Source of the DNA: the human T2T-CHM13v2.0 reference genome, Homo sapiens | NCBI RefSeq assembly: GCF_009914755.1 | Contig: NC_060925.1 | DNA length: 64,000 bases | Reading direction: 5' to 3' (one strand) | In this document: one piece after another, positions 1 through 17,264 of the stretch | Numbering within the stretch: the first letter of the stretch is position 1 | Layout: each line of letters begins with the position of its first letter | The notes under the pieces: model-generated | Seen by the model: only the letters and a program-made list of their open reading frames with translations | Database searches by the model: none | What the model was told of the DNA's origin: nothing | Translations under genes and position numbers: made by a program

Positions 1-620
1 AGTTTAGAGAAAAAAAAATAAAAAGAAATGAACAAAGTCTCCAAGAAATATGGGACTATGTGAAAAGACCAAATCTACGTCTGATTGGTGTACCTGAAAG
101 TGACAGGGAGAATGGAACCAAGTTGGAAAACACTCTGCAGGATATTATCCAGGAGAACTTCCCCAATCTAGCAAGGCAGGCCAACATTCAAATTCAGGAA
201 ATACAGAGAATGCCACAAAGATACTCCTCGAGAAGAGCAACTCCAAGACACATAATTGTCAGATTCACCAAAGTTGAAATGAAGGAAAAAATGTTAAGGG
301 CAGCCAGAGAGAAAGGTCGCGTTACCCACAAAGGGAAGCCCATTAGACTAACAGTGGCTCTCTCGGCAGAAACTCTACAAGTCAGAAGAGAGTGGGGGCC
401 AATATTCAACATTCTTAAAGAAAAGAATTTTCAATCCAGAATTTCATATCCAGCCAAACTAAGCTTCATAAGTGAAGGAGAAATAAAATAATTTACAGAC
501 AAGCAAATGCTGAGAGATTTTGTCACCACCAGGCCTACCCTAAAAGAGCTCCTGAAGGAAGCACTAAACATGGAAAGGAACAACAGGTACCAGCCACTGC
601 AAAATCATGCCAAAATGTAA
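1..620 (+). pseudogene. L1 ORF1p C-terminal remnant with premature stop
   Basis: Translation KRPNLRLIGVPE...KLSFISEGEIK matches ORF1p. TAA at 489-491 replaces the consensus Tyr codon; native stop at 618-620. Confidence 0.93.
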
Positions 621-683
621 AGACCATCGAGACTAGGAAGAAACTGTATCAACTAACGAGCAAAATAACCAGCTAACATCATA

Positions 684-4508
<3,825 letters not shown>

Positions 4509-4859
4509 ACAATGGGAACACTTGGACACAGGGTGGGGAACATCACACACCAGGGCCTGTCGTGGGGTGAGGGGAGAGGGGAGTAATAGCCTTAGGAGAA
4601 ATACCTAATGTAAATGACGAGTTAATGGGTGCAGCACGCCAACATGGCACATGCATACATATGTAACAAACCTGCACATTGTACACATGAACCCTAGAAC
4701 TTAAAGCATAATAAAAATAAACAAATAAAACCCAAGCATGTGCTCTTCACCACATAATTTGGCCCCCTCTTCCCCAAACCGGACTTCCCTCACCCAGCCC
4801 TGTCTCCTTTCCAGGTCTCATCTCCCATGGCCCCTCCTTGTGTCTTGCTATGCATCTTT

Positions 4860-5580
4860 ATTCTTCCAGGCCTTTGCACGTGCACTTCCTTCTGCCTGGA
4901 ATACATTTTCCTTTCTACTATACCCATCAAAAGCCTTTCCATGTGTGGATATCAGCTCAGCAGCTCCTGCTCTTGGAGCCCCTCCTCCAGATCCTGGCTG
5001 CTGTTTGCTCCCCTCCTCCTCCCTCCTGTAGTAGCAGGTGTGGTTGGCAGTGTGTGGGCCATGGTGTGTGCCAGGCTGTGGGTGGCCGAGTCTGTGCCAA
5101 CATTCAACTACCTTATCTACCTCTTTATCAGGCCCCTGTTAGGTGCCAGGCCCTGGGCTGGGATCTAGGAACACAGAGGTATAAGCAAAAAAAAAAAAAA
5201 GGCATGTCTTGGCCTTTACAGGGCTTGCAGAGGCTGAGTCCTGTGGTGGAGCATTGTAAGGGGCTGTGAGGTCTCCCAAGAGAAGCCCCTATCCAGGACT
5301 GGAGCCCCTATTCAGGACTTGGAATGTCCAGCAGGGCTTTGTGGAGCAAGTGATAGCAAATCTCAGTGGAGCTAGTCAAGCCTTGAGAGGATTAAGAGGG
5401 AAAGCAATGTCCTCAACAAAGGGAACAGCCTGTGCAAAGTCCCGGGGGTGAGAGAAAGCTGAGCATGCTCTAGATACCACAGAGATTAGCACAGCTGAAA
5501 AGTCAAGTGTGCAGGGCCAGTGTTGCAAGACTACTCTGCAGAGGCAAGCTTTGGTCATTTGACCATGAAAGATTGCATAA
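4860..5580. mobile_element. L2 fragments (sense about 4860-4990, antisense about 5090-5580)
   Basis: L2-type motifs ggcctttgcacgtgcacttccttctgcctggaa and antisense gtgccaggccctgggct...aagggaacagcctgtgcaaag. Confidence 0.6.
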
Positions 5581-5639
5581 GCCATAGGCAGGAATTCTGC
5601 TTCTCTCTCATATGTCTATGGGCTCCAGGTGTCTTTGAG

Positions 5640-5860
5640 GACAGTCTGGCATGGTGGCTAAGAGCCTACCTTTGCAGGCAGCAGACCTGGGTTTGACTTC
5701 TCCATCCACTCTGAGGGGGCTCAGCAAGCTACTTACCCACTCTGGGCCTTGGTCTCATCTTTTAAATAGGATTAATAATAGCCACCACTTCCTAGGGTTT
5801 GGGAGAAGATTGCATAACTTAATAGAATGAACACACTCCTGGGCACATAGGAAAAGCTTA
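5640..5860 (+). mobile_element. MIR SINE
   Basis: ggcatggtggctaagagc...gacctgggttt...ctcatctttt aaataggattaataata...gggcacatag follows MIR consensus order. Confidence 0.75.
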
Positions 5861-6329
5861 ATTCATGTGACTGTTACAGTGATAACAATAATATCCTGTA
5901 TTATTGTTACCACTGTTACTGTTCTCACTATTTTTATTATTGGATCTCAATAATCTCTGCCTCTCTAGTGGTGGCACCCAGAACACCTGCCCACATCTTG
6001 GTCCTGGGGAAAATGGGCAAAGTCCAGCATTAGAGAACAACTCCTTTGCCCTCCACAACTCTGTGTGGGCCAAAGTATGAAATATCTGTGGCTGGGTGGA
6101 ATATTCTGGCAGATGCACTGAACACAGGACCTGGATGCTATGTGAACACGGCAGCCTGGCTGGGAAAGCTACCTGTCAGCCAGGCTCACTTCTCCCCTTA
6201 AATGGCATTCTCTTTCTTGGGGAAGAGTTTACCCACTCAGGGTTAGTGATTCCTATTCTCCTTGCAGGATGCTTGGACATGTGCTGTGTTGTTAATTCCT
6301 TTTTGTGGTCCTTCCTATTCAATCCATTT

Positions 6330-6815
6330 TACTGCCCTTCTTTGCAGGCCTTGAGCCCTAGAGAGCTAATGCCTAAGAACTATAATACATCACTCAGACT
6401 CCCTTATCCACTAACTTCTAGCTAGATTTGGTCAAAGGGAAGCTTTGGTGGGAGATAGGAGGCTGGGAGGAGAGAGAACCCAGGGGTCTATGCCTCCCTC
6501 CTTCCTGAACTCCTTTCTTGCTGCAGTCCCTGCATTGGCTGTGACCAGTATGGTGGTAACTCCCGGGGCAGGGGTGGGCAGGTTCTCTTTCTTAGCTCCA
6601 GCTCTCTCAGCCATCCCAGAACACATTCCTTCACTTCCCCTTCCCCCTTAGAGAGGTACGGGCCTTCCACTGTTGCTAGCTTGGGAGTGCATCAACTTCT
6701 CTTGCTGGCTTCCTTCACCTTGCCCTGACCTCTAAACACAATCCTGTTACTAAATTCTTTTCAACTAAGCCCTTCTGTGTAAGACTTGTTTCCTGCCATG
6801 ATTCTGATCAGTACT
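6330..6815 (+). mobile_element. ERVL solo LTR, LTR33-like
   Basis: 3' end ttgctggcttccttcaccttgccc...actaaattcttttcaact...tgtttcctgccatgattctgatcagtac resembles the LTR33 family end; similar to copies at 47.2 and 60.0 kb. Confidence 0.55.
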
Positions 6816-8084
6816 TCCACGGAGGGTCTGCAAAGTACCTTAGAGACACTCCACCCTCGCCAAGAGCAGAACACAAATCTGCCCCTCTCCTTGCCCCCTG
6901 GTATCTTGGTGCCTTCCAAGAAGACAGGCAGAGGTCCCATGTGGGCACTTCTCCCATAGGCCCTGCCTATTTGACTGCAGAGCTGCAGAGGAAGCAGGCT
7001 CCATCACAGGGGGCCTCAGGGGCCATGGGGGTGGGGAGGTTGTGATTTTATTGCAAGAACAAAGACAAGTCATGGCAGATTTGGGGGCTGGGAAGTGCCA
7101 TTATCTGATTTGTAATTTTAGAAAGATCGTTTTATCTTTCATGAGCAGAGCAGGTTCTAGAGAGTGAGTGCAGCCCAGGGAAGATATTTAGGAGACTGAT
7201 GCAATAGTTTCTATTTGAGATTATGGCATGGCCACCATCAGAGACATCTGCCACCTCCATCATGAAGCCTCTGCCAATCACTCCACTTTGAATGAAATTC
7301 CTCCTTCCTTTTGTGTGCCCCAAACTTTGTTGTAGCATCTATCGCAGTCAGCCCCTGAGACCCTCTCCTCCTCTCTAGGGTGAGTTCCTTGGCCTCAGTG
7401 CTCACTCACTCCCAGGGTTCTAAGCTTACTGGGCAACGACATATCACTAAGCTGGCTGGTACTCTCTAGGCAAATGCAAATGGCTCAGAAGGTATAACAC
7501 ATTATGCCATCATCAACTATTAATATCTAATATCAGATCAGCCGGCATCATCTTGTCAAACTAGAAAAGAAAGTAAGCTTCTGCCAAACATCTGCCATGT
7601 GCTGGGCCACCTTCCAAAGATGCCTCATTCAATCCACCAGCAACCTGGGCAGTAGGTTCTCATCTCGCAATGTGGAAACCAAGGCCCAGAGGAGTGGCTG
7701 CCCAGCTTGTGAGTGACAGAGCCTGACTCAAACCCAGGTCTCCCTGTTTATTACAGAGGCAAATCAAGAAACATGCTGTCAGAAGAATGGGCCAAGGCTA
7801 CTGAGGAAACTGGGCCTAGAAAGGTTAATTTGGATAATAACAAACAATTACAAATGGACAATAATGATATCTAGCTTCACACACTTTGTTGATGCCAACT
7901 GTCACCCACTGCTACAGCAGAGGGGCATGCTCCTGAGGCTGGGTTCCTCACTATTAGCTGTGGGACTGCACATGCACTTTACACTGCCTACTCAGGTTAA
8001 ACATTACCTCCTCTAAGAAGCCCTCCTGGACCTCGCAAGTCCTGGATAGGTACACATGTATTTGCCTACAGAGGCCCTTGTAGT

Positions 8085-8280
8085 TGCCTCTACATACTTA
8101 CATATGAGTGTATATAAATATACCTTACACTCTCTCTTTCTTCGTATGTATGGGATACATATACACATACATATATAGATATATACATACACATATACAC
8201 ATACAATATACATACATATATATGTATATATATGTGTGTATATATATAGTATATATGTATATTGTATGTGTATATACCTA
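8085..8280. repeat. (TA/CA/TG) low-complexity dinucleotide repeat with internal inverted symmetry
   Basis: Directly visible alternating purine-pyrimidine tract. Confidence 0.9.
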
Positions 8281-9704
8281 ACTAAAGCCTCAAGACTTCT
8301 GTTGACACCTCAAAGAGGGCTTGAGAGCTGTCCTCTATGCTGAAGACTGCAGAGAGGTGGAGGGTATAGACTTGTTTTCAGTGTTCTTGAGGGGGAAGGC
8401 CCAATAGGTGAAAGCTGCAGAGACATCAATTTTGATTCAGCCCAAGGAAAAACTTTCTAGTAGCGAGAATTTCCCCAGGATGCAGCAGGCTCCCTGGGGG
8501 AGCCTATGAGCGTGGGCTGGGAGAGGCAACTATGGAGAAGGCTACACTTTAAGTGGTGTAGGGAGGAGTGGGAACTGGATCCCTCTAATGGGGTCTTCTA
8601 GTTTTGTGATTGGGGGCTCTTTTACCATAAAAAAAACTATTATTTATTAACCTTCTATGAAGCACTTATCTCCTTACAAACATGAATTCATTCAACCTCA
8701 CATTGGCCCTGCAAGGTAGATATTATCCAGTTCATGGATAAGGAAATGAGGCTCAGAGAAGTGGGGTAGCTTGCTCATTAGAAATTGGCATAGAAACATG
8801 AGCTGCATCTCACACTAGAACTCCGTAGAATAAACCAGCTGCCCCCACTTTCCTCCAGCAGTTAGGTTCATACAAGTTTTACCCATGTCAGCAGCACAAC
8901 AGAGTTCATTTGGTTTTGTTTTCATGTTCCTTTACTTCCTCTCCAGTATCTCTACCTTTTTCATGCTGAAAGTTGGCCAGCAGTCCAGACCATCAGATCT
9001 AATCTGCTCTGGGGGAGTAGGGGCCTGGCCTGGTTCACAGGCAGTCCCCAGACTGGGTGGTGCCTCCTGAACCCTCTTTATTCCTTCTAGAAGGAATCCA
9101 CTGTTTACTACCTTGTTCCTGGACCTCTAGACACATTTATAAAGCCACAGAACCTGGGAGGGGTAAGGAGGTTACATGAAGCGTGGCAGCTACAGCTGAC
9201 AGAAGGTTTCAGAAAGTCCTGTCGCTTCAGTTTCAAGTCTGATGAAAGAAAAAAAAAAAAAAAAAAAAGCTAAGCAAAGCCCAACGAGGCTGCCTGCCAG
9301 GAGTCTGTGAAACATGGCCCAGGCCAAAGCCAGTGTCAGCCAAGAGGGAAATTACAGGCCTTAAATGGCAGACAAGTCTGCAAAAGCCTCCTAGAGTTGT
9401 GTTTGGCAAATGTTTGTTTGCATACATGTTTGTTTGTGTGGATGTGTTTTTCAGCATGTATTTTTTTTTTTAGTTATGTATTTAGCTCTAAGATCGTTTT
9501 TAAAAACAATGTCAAAATTGTACTTTAAAATAATTTATTCCTGGTGAATATTTGGAGCAATTCCATTCAGTTTAGTTCAAGTCAGCAACTATTTACTGAC
9601 AGTCTATTCCATGCCAGGCACTGAGATTGGCACTGGGCATCCTGGGTTGCTAAAGGGGCTGCCCCATTCTGAGCTAGCTCAGTGGCTGCTGTAGAAAAAA
9701 GTCA

Positions 9705-10160
9705 GCCCAAATGCCCATCAATGATAGACTAGATAAAGAAAATATGGTACATATACACCATGGAATACTATGCAGCCATAAAAAGGAATGAGATTATGTC
9801 CTTTGCAGGGACATGGATGAAGCTGGAAGCCATTATCCTCAGCAAACTAACACAGGAACAGAAAACCAAACACCACATGTTCTCACTCATAAGTGGGAGC
9901 TGAACAATGAGAACACATGGACACAGGGAGGGGAACAACACACACTGGGGCCTGTTGGGGGAGGGGAGTGGGGAAAGCATTAGAGAAAAGAGCTAATGCA
10001 TGCTAGGGTTAACACCTAGGTGAAGGGTTGATAGGTACCACAAACCACTGTGATACACATTTACTTATGCAACAAACCTGCACATCCTGCACTTATACCC
10101 CAGAACTTAAAAGATAAAAAAATTAAAAAATTAAAGCAAACAACAAACAAACAAACAAAA
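9705..10160 (+). mobile_element. 5'-truncated L1PA (older, about PA8-PA10-like) 3' end
   Basis: cccaaatgcccatcaatgatagact...ggatgaagctggaagccattatcctcagcaaactaacacagg...ccccagaacttaaa plus A-rich/(CAAA)n tail. Confidence 0.9.
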
Positions 10161-11141
10161 GTGATAATCAGGTGAGAGAATGAGGAAGAGGAATATTGTT
10201 TTCTAAATGAATATAATAGTTGGCTTTATTTTACAGTAAACATGTAGTTTCAAAAATATTAAAAACAAAGCACAGACAACTTGACAAATTACCATTTGTT
10301 CCACCACCTAGAATTAACTAATTTTTATATTTGTCATATTTGAATTATACATTTGTATGTGTATAAAAATTTTTAAAGTGTTATTAATAAAGCTGTGGTT
10401 CTCCTCCAAGAAAAAAGAGAAAAAGACACATGCATGGATAAGAATCCCAGAGGACCCTTGGGCCCAGATCATTTCAGTCCGGTGTGGCTGGGACAAAAGA
10501 GGGAGAAGCCTTAGTTCTTGGGGGAGAAGGAGTCAAGTAGGACTTTATAGGCATACAAAGGTCTGGAGGGGGCCCTTCCAGGTACAGGAAAGAAACCTAG
10601 GGGAGCTCATCTGAAGGTCAGGGATGGATGACTTGCTCAAGGTCCCACAGCTAGAAACTGGCAGCCTGAAGATTTGAACTCAGGTCTGTCACATTCTTCT
10701 CCACCCCAGCAAATAAACCTGAAGGTGAAAGCTGTGTGATTTGGCTGGAGGGCTATGTCCAGCCTCTTTAAATCCTTCCCATCCCTTAAGGACTAGCCAA
10801 CTCTTACAAATTCTCAGTAGGCTAATCTAATATCCACTGCTGAGTTCCTAGAAAATATGTGCCTCAATATTGCTCGTTATCTTTTAATGAAGCTATGCTT
10901 TTCTCTTCAACAATATAAATACATATAAACATTTATTTCATTTTTAAAAAATAAAATAAAGATTTGTGGTTTTCCACTCTATGTCATGACAATGTTTGGC
11001 AAAAGAGATAGGAAGAATGATAAAACCATCTTCATGGGTAGAAATAATTTTAAATTCTGTTTTACTTCCCGTCACACACAGCAGGTACTCAATAAATACT
11101 TGCAGTGCTGGCCTGGCTAGGCTGTACTTTTTTATGACAGT

Positions 11142-11570
11142 GTATTAGTCAGATATTGCCACCATCATGCTGGGTAACAAACCACACGAAACTCAGTTGC
11201 TTACAACTACAAGCATTTATTTTTCTCACTGAGAGTTGGCTGGATACCTCAGGTTCAAGGTGCAGGCCCAGGGCTTTGGGTCAGTTTGAGTCTGCTTCTT
11301 TTGTCTCATTCTGGGGGCCAGGCTGAAAGAACCTCAGACTTGCCCTTTTCATGGTGGTAAATGAGACATGAGACAGGAGCAGAAGCAAGAGATAAGTAGA
11401 AACAGATCAAGCTTCTTGAGGTCTCAGCCCAGAACTGTCATGCTGTTGTTTCCACCCCCATAACTTTGCCCAGGGCAAGTCAATGGTCAAGCCCAATATC
11501 ACTGCACAGGAAGACACATTTGCCCACTCTAGGGGGAGGCACAGCAAAGTCAGATGGCAAAGGGTATAAT
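11142..11570 (-). mobile_element. MaLR solo LTR (old MLT1 subfamily)
   Basis: tgtattagtcag...gtaacaaaccacacgaaactcagttgcttacaactacaagcatttatt is the reverse complement of the MLT1 3' end with poly(A) signal. Confidence 0.75.
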
Positions 11571-11749
11571 TCTAAAAGAAACAGAACATGAAGAACTGAA
11601 GAAAGATTCTAGGATTTGAAGGTAGACTTGACTTCAAATCTGAATTATCATTTACCTGCTTTGGAGACTAGAGAAATCGCTTAACCTTTTTGCATCTGTC
11701 TCCTCATCTGTTCTTACCTCTCCGGGGTGTAATAAGACTATTTCCCATC

Positions 11750-11945
11750 CTCACTTACTGAGTGCTGACAATGTACCACTCACTGAGCTTAGCATTTTAT
11801 GAACATCATCACACATAAGACAGGTAAGGTAGGAATCCATCTCCCATTTAATAGATGAGGAAACTGAGATTGATAGATGTTAAGTGACTTGCCCAAAGTC
11901 ACACAGCTACATTCGAAGTTTCATGCCAGGTCTGTGTCACCTCTA
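11750..11945 (-). mobile_element. MIR SINE (antisense) within a sense MIR
   Basis: Core cccatttaatagatgaggaaactgag...ttaagtgacttgcccaaagtcacacagct. Confidence 0.75.
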
Positions 11946-13399
11946 CTTAATGTAAATAAGGCGTGTACACTGTCTGCCACATAGAGGGTCCTTGTTTCAG
12001 GTGAATTTCTGTATCTTTCCCTCTTAGAGAGTCCTGGAAACTTCTAGGTCGCTGGACTTTTACTTTCTGATGAACTTCACCCAAGCTGATGTGACCAGCT
12101 ACCATCACCCAAGTTTCAAAGTTCATTGTTGCTTAAAAAAAATAAGGCTATTATTAGCAGCAATCAGAGGGCAATCACATTTCCCAGTCAGGAGTCTTTG
12201 GGAGGAAGGTTGTTTGAAGCAATGCCTGGATGGTGTTTGTGGTGCCACATGTCTGGTGTGGAGGCAAATTTCGTAATGGCCATGCCTGTCAGGTGATGCC
12301 GAGACCTCTGCTCAGAACAGATATCTTTCCAGTCGGGAGTGGCTGCTCTGACATCGCTGGGGAAGGACAGCTAGCAGCTGCTCTTTTGCAAGACTTGATT
12401 CATACAGCATGGAAGATACTAGTAAGAGCAAGTCTTTAGATAAGAGACCTGATTTAAATCAGGGTTGTGCCTCTGACTGGCTGGGTGGCCTTGGCCCCTG
12501 GTGATGCTGTTCCCTCTGCCTGCACACCTCCTCAGGGCCAGCTCTCCACCTTAGTGTCACTTCATCTAGGAGATCTTCCCTGACGTTCTCAAGCTAACAC
12601 ACTGGACACCCCCAGGCTCTGCACTTAGATGATCTTAATTGCTTGTTTAATTGGCTGTCTGCTACAGGATAAGTGTTGTTTGAGAACAAGCCCTGATCAA
12701 TGTTTGCCACTGAAATCCTACTTCCCAGAATGATGTCTAGTGCATAGTAGGCACTGTAGGAACATTTATTTATCTAATGAATTCAGTAATAAACTACTAA
12801 AAGCATACTGTTGATTTGTAACCTTTTGGTGGTGGATCCAATATTGTCTGTGCTATGGAAGCCCCTTGGCTCTAAATCCTTGCTAATCAAAGTGTGGTCC
12901 TTGGATGGACCTACATCACCTGAGGGCAGCCCAGTAGTTTTAACTGTGCAGATCCTGAAGAGGTACGGGTACTACTTGAACAGTATACCATTCATTGAGA
13001 TGGACAGATGATGATCTATTTGTTAAGAAATAAGTTGTCAAAACCTTGCTAGTGACTAGCTTCAAGAGCATGCCAGATGCCCCATGGTCCCCAGGGTGAT
13101 TTTTTTTTTTTTTTAACTATCTACCAGGAGAAGGGGATGAGCCAGTGCTTATTGTCTAGTCTCACTTCTGGTCTGTGAGGCAGATATCATCATCTCCACT
13201 GTATGCAGGAGGAGGGTGAGGTCCAGAGAGATTAAATCACTTGCCCAAGTTCACACAGTTGGGAAGAGGCAGAGTGGGGATATCCCCTTTACATCAAGCT
13301 GACTCTCCCAGGAAAGCTACCCTTTTAACTCTGACAGTAAAACCTCTGCCTTATTCCACATTCTGTCCTTAAATCCTCTTCACACAGGAAAAGCTACAT

Positions 13400-13835
13400 T
13401 CTCTGAAGCATGTGAATGGGCCCTTCTGGGTCTTCTACTAAATATATACCCCATGGCTCCCTCCATTCTAGCCATGATGGCCTGATTTCTGTCTCTTGAA
13501 TACACCAGCTGATGCCTGTCCCAGGACCTTTGCAGTTCCTCCTGCCTGCAGAGTGTCCCCAGATCTCCCCATGGTTGCCTGCTTCTCATCATTCAGGTCT
13601 CACTCTGTGTCACCTCTTCAGAGAGACTTTCCCTAAACACTCTAGGGAAAGCAGTCCTCCTCCGCCACCAACAAACATTCATTCTCATTCCCATTTTATT
13701 TTTTTTCCACATCACTTAATTTATGCTAAATTACCATGGGCATTCATTCAGATGTCTTTTTTTCTCTCCATTAGAGTGGATGTTCTTTGAGGTCAGAGTT
13801 CTTGTCTGGTTTTGGTTTGCACTATTCCCAGGCTA
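13400..13835 (+). mobile_element. L2 3' region, truncated at the inverted repeat
   Basis: ccaggacctttgcagttcctcctgcctgc...ccccagatctccccatgg...tcattcaggtctca...cttgtctggttttggtttgcactattcccaggcta; the expected terminal L2 tail is missing. Confidence 0.75.
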
Positions 13836-14267
13836 GTGAATTGTAAGGATGATTCTAACACATTCTTGTGTTGAGACGTTTTTGTATCCAGTGGATTTAT
13901 ATCAGGGCTTGCATTGGCTTCTTGTCTTCAGAAGGAGAGCAGACCCTTGTCCAAGTGTCCAATCATGCTTCAGGGTGTCAGAGGGGCTCCGATTAGCTGT
14001 TCAGGTGGGGTCTTATCAGGGTGCATGCAATTATCCATGCAATTCCTGACCCCAGAAGGAAGTGATCCTTTTCATCATTTGCACCCTGATAGGACCCCAC
14101 CCAAACAGCTAATCAGAGCCCCTGTGACATCCTGAAGCATGATTGGACACCTGGACAAGGGGTCGGCTCTCCTGCAGACGAGAAGGCAATGCAAGCCCTG
14201 ACATAAATCCACTGGATACAGTAATGTCTCAACACAAGAATGTCTTAGAATCATCCATACAATTCAC
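13836..14267. repeat. Long inverted repeat: arms 13836-14025 and 14080-14267, 54-bp spacer
   Basis: Manual alignment of the left arm to the reverse complement of the right arm: 17 mismatches and 2 indels over about 190 bp. Confidence 0.97.
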
Positions 14268-15844
14268 CTGAATTTGCCCTTGAGTCTATGCTTTCTGAGG
14301 GGAGGGATAGTATCTACTTTCCTTACTGCCAGCACATGTCATCTGCCTACCTCTTTAGAAGGGAGCATCTGGTAAGTATTTGTTCCTTCTCTGACCTCTC
14401 TGGGTCTCAGCTGAGAATGTTAACAATGATAGACATAACTTTTGAATGCCATCGTGTTTTTCTCTGCTTGAGTCAGGTACACAAAGGAAAATAAAATTAA
14501 ACCAGAAAGGAATGGAGGGAACCCATCTTTTCTTTCTGTTTGAGTATGCCAAAGCCCAGACTTGGGATCTTGACCTGGAGGAAGCCACCCAATTGCTGGA
14601 CTCAGAATGACCTGATTTCTGCTTTTTATAAATAGGAAGTCCCATTGTCCATTTAGGCCTCACCATTGTTGAACTGCCCTGTTATATCCACACCTACTTC
14701 TTCTGTGGAACGTCCAAAGTGATACAGAACTCTGTACACCCCACTGAGTGGGCATGGAACCCAGCTGTACACCTCCATTGCTAGTCTTGAATGAGTTAGC
14801 TCATAGAGATGGAATTTGCAAACTAGTCTCTGAACATAGTCTGGCTCCTAACAGACCACCTTTCTAAATGATGTGGAGTTCTGAAGCATTTCTTGGACAG
14901 TTTGATCCACGTTGAGTGGAGAGGGACAATGGGTTGGTCCTAGAAGGTACTGAGGGCCCACGCTCTGTGAGACACTTTGTATACATGATCTTTAATTCTC
15001 ACAATAGCCTTTATTATGCTATGCATTTTACAGATGAGGAAGCTGACGCCCAGAGAAGCTAAGTTACTGCCTCACTGCCTCACAGCTAGTAAGCAGCGAA
15101 GCCTAATGCTTGGTCTTCCAGTCCAGACTTAAGTTTAGAGCTGAGGAACTCCAGCTTAGATGCTAAGTGGCTTGGCTGAAAGGCCACATCTCATATCCCC
15201 CTGATAAGTGGCAGAACCAGTATCTAAACCCAGATGCTTTATTCCCAAACTCTAAGCTGCCTGTTACCCTACACCACCTTTTCTTTGTAATAATGTGGGA
15301 CTCAATTTGCCTAAAGTCACGTGGAGAATCAGAGGGAGCTTCAGGACAGGGCCAGCTCTCTTGACTCCTGGTTTAGTGTTTCTTCCTGAGACCACATCAC
15401 CTGTCTGCCCTATGCACTGACATGGAAAAGCATTTCCAGAGAACGGTCTCAAGGCTGATGCCAGAGGACAAGGCTGATCCCTGAAGACTCAGGCTTCTTT
15501 CAAGGCCAGTGGGGTCACCCTACGAAGGCTTTTCACCCTCCTCTAAAGCACTGTTCCTGTGTTTAGTCTGGTCTGCCTCCAGGGGCAAGATGATGGAATG
15601 GATAATTGCCCTGGACAGTTTCTGTCACTTGAATGCCAATCTGCCATTGTGTTTTCCCTTTGCCAGAGAGTCTTCATAGCTGGAATAAAACCCATGACAT
15701 AGGCACTGGAGGAAAAGAGAGATTGTCTACAATTCACACCAAATAATTGAGGGGATGGAGTGACTTCCCTAGGAAGCCAGACTGAATAGTTCCTACAGTC
15801 TCTAAAATCAGGGAATTGCAGTCTTGGAATGATGCTTAGCAAGC

Positions 15845-16222
15845 TGCCTTAGTTCAGCTGCTATAACAAAAATACCATAGGCTAGGTGGCTTATAAACAA
15901 CAGAAAATTATTTCTCACAGTTCTGGAGGCTGGAAAGTCTAAGACCAAGTTGCCAGCAGACTCAGTGTCTGGTGAGGGCCCACTTCCTGGTTTATGGACC
16001 GCCATCTTCTTGCTGTATCCTCACATGATGGAAGGGATAAGGGACCTCTCTGGGGTCTTTTTTATAAGGGCACTAATCCCACTCATGAGGATTATTCCCT
16101 CATGAGGGTCATGCCCTCTTGACCTAACTACCTCCCAAAGACCCCACCTCCTGATACCATTACCTTGGAGTTAGGTTTTAACACATGGATTTTGGAGGGA
16201 CACAGACATTCAGTCTACAGCA
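15845..16222 (-). mobile_element. MaLR solo LTR, MLT1A-like
   Basis: gctgctataacaaaaataccataggctaggtggcttataaacaacagaaa...cacagttctggaggctggaaagtc...gggacacagacattcagtctacagca. Confidence 0.88.
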
Positions 16223-16412
16223 AAAGCCTAAGCAATTGCAGCTTAATAGCTAGAGTCAGGTCTGAGTTCCAATATTCTTCTGCCTCTTCCCACTTACTAA
16301 ATTATACCTGTAAGTATAATAATAATAATACTGACTTCTTAGGATTGTTGTGATTTTTAGCATGAAATAATATATGTGATATGCCTGGCCCAGAGAAGAC
16401 AAGCAATAAAGA

Positions 16413-16415
<3 letters not shown>

Positions 16416-16450
<35 letters not shown>
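16416..16450. repeat. (GT)n microsatellite
   Basis: Direct inspection. Confidence 0.95.
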
Positions 16451-16452
<2 letters not shown>

Positions 16453-17264
16453 TGTTTGTGTGTCTTCCTCCTTACCGCTTCACTGTGTGTACAGAGAAAC
16501 TAGAGCCAGAGACAGAAGTTGTGACATGTACAGACACGTGGGAGTTAACAGCAGAGCCAGGACTTGAAGACTTATCTCCAGTCTCCCAGGCCAGTGTTCT
16601 TATTTCACATCATAATAACAAGGTTACAATTTGTTAAACATGTCCCTAAATTGTGGGCCTCAGAAGCATAAAAAAGACAATTTTCAGAGAGCATAAAGGG
16701 AATATATCAAAATGAAATTGTTCTTCAAGCATTCTGGCATCCAGAAAGTACATTTGAGTGGTATTCCTGTATGGTCAGGGCAACAGGAATGTGGCTAGAT
16801 TTGATTGTTTTCACTCAATAGAGAACTAAACTCAACAGTTTCCTTGTACCCACCTCCACTCCCAAGACCAAAGGATTTTAGCCAGATGTGGTTTGAGAGA
16901 AAGTCAAGAGCAGAATATAGGTACACCATGTACAGGCCCTGGAGCCAGCCGGGGCAAGCTTTATCTATGAGATAAGGACTGTGAGTACACCTTGTAGGCT
17001 TCAGTCATTTTGTTCTTATTAAAAGGAATATTCCAGAAATGACTTTATTTTTCAAGGCACACAGCTTTTTCACTGGTCTCTGAGAACACTTTAGAGGATG
17101 ACTGTCTTACAAACCCATGGATAATTTATATCACATCACAATATAAGAATGCAATTTGTTAATCATATTCCCAAATGGATAATTGACATTTGAGAGTCAG
17201 GGACAGGGCCACAGAATACTGTGCCTTCTGAACAATCAATGAAAGTGATAAACACAGCTTCTCT

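Noticed and set aside
13836-14267. Interpretation of the inverted repeat as a pre-miRNA or a named MITE
   Set aside because: Far longer than a pre-miRNA, no convincing TSD, and I cannot match it to a family from memory; kept only as an inverted-duplication finding.
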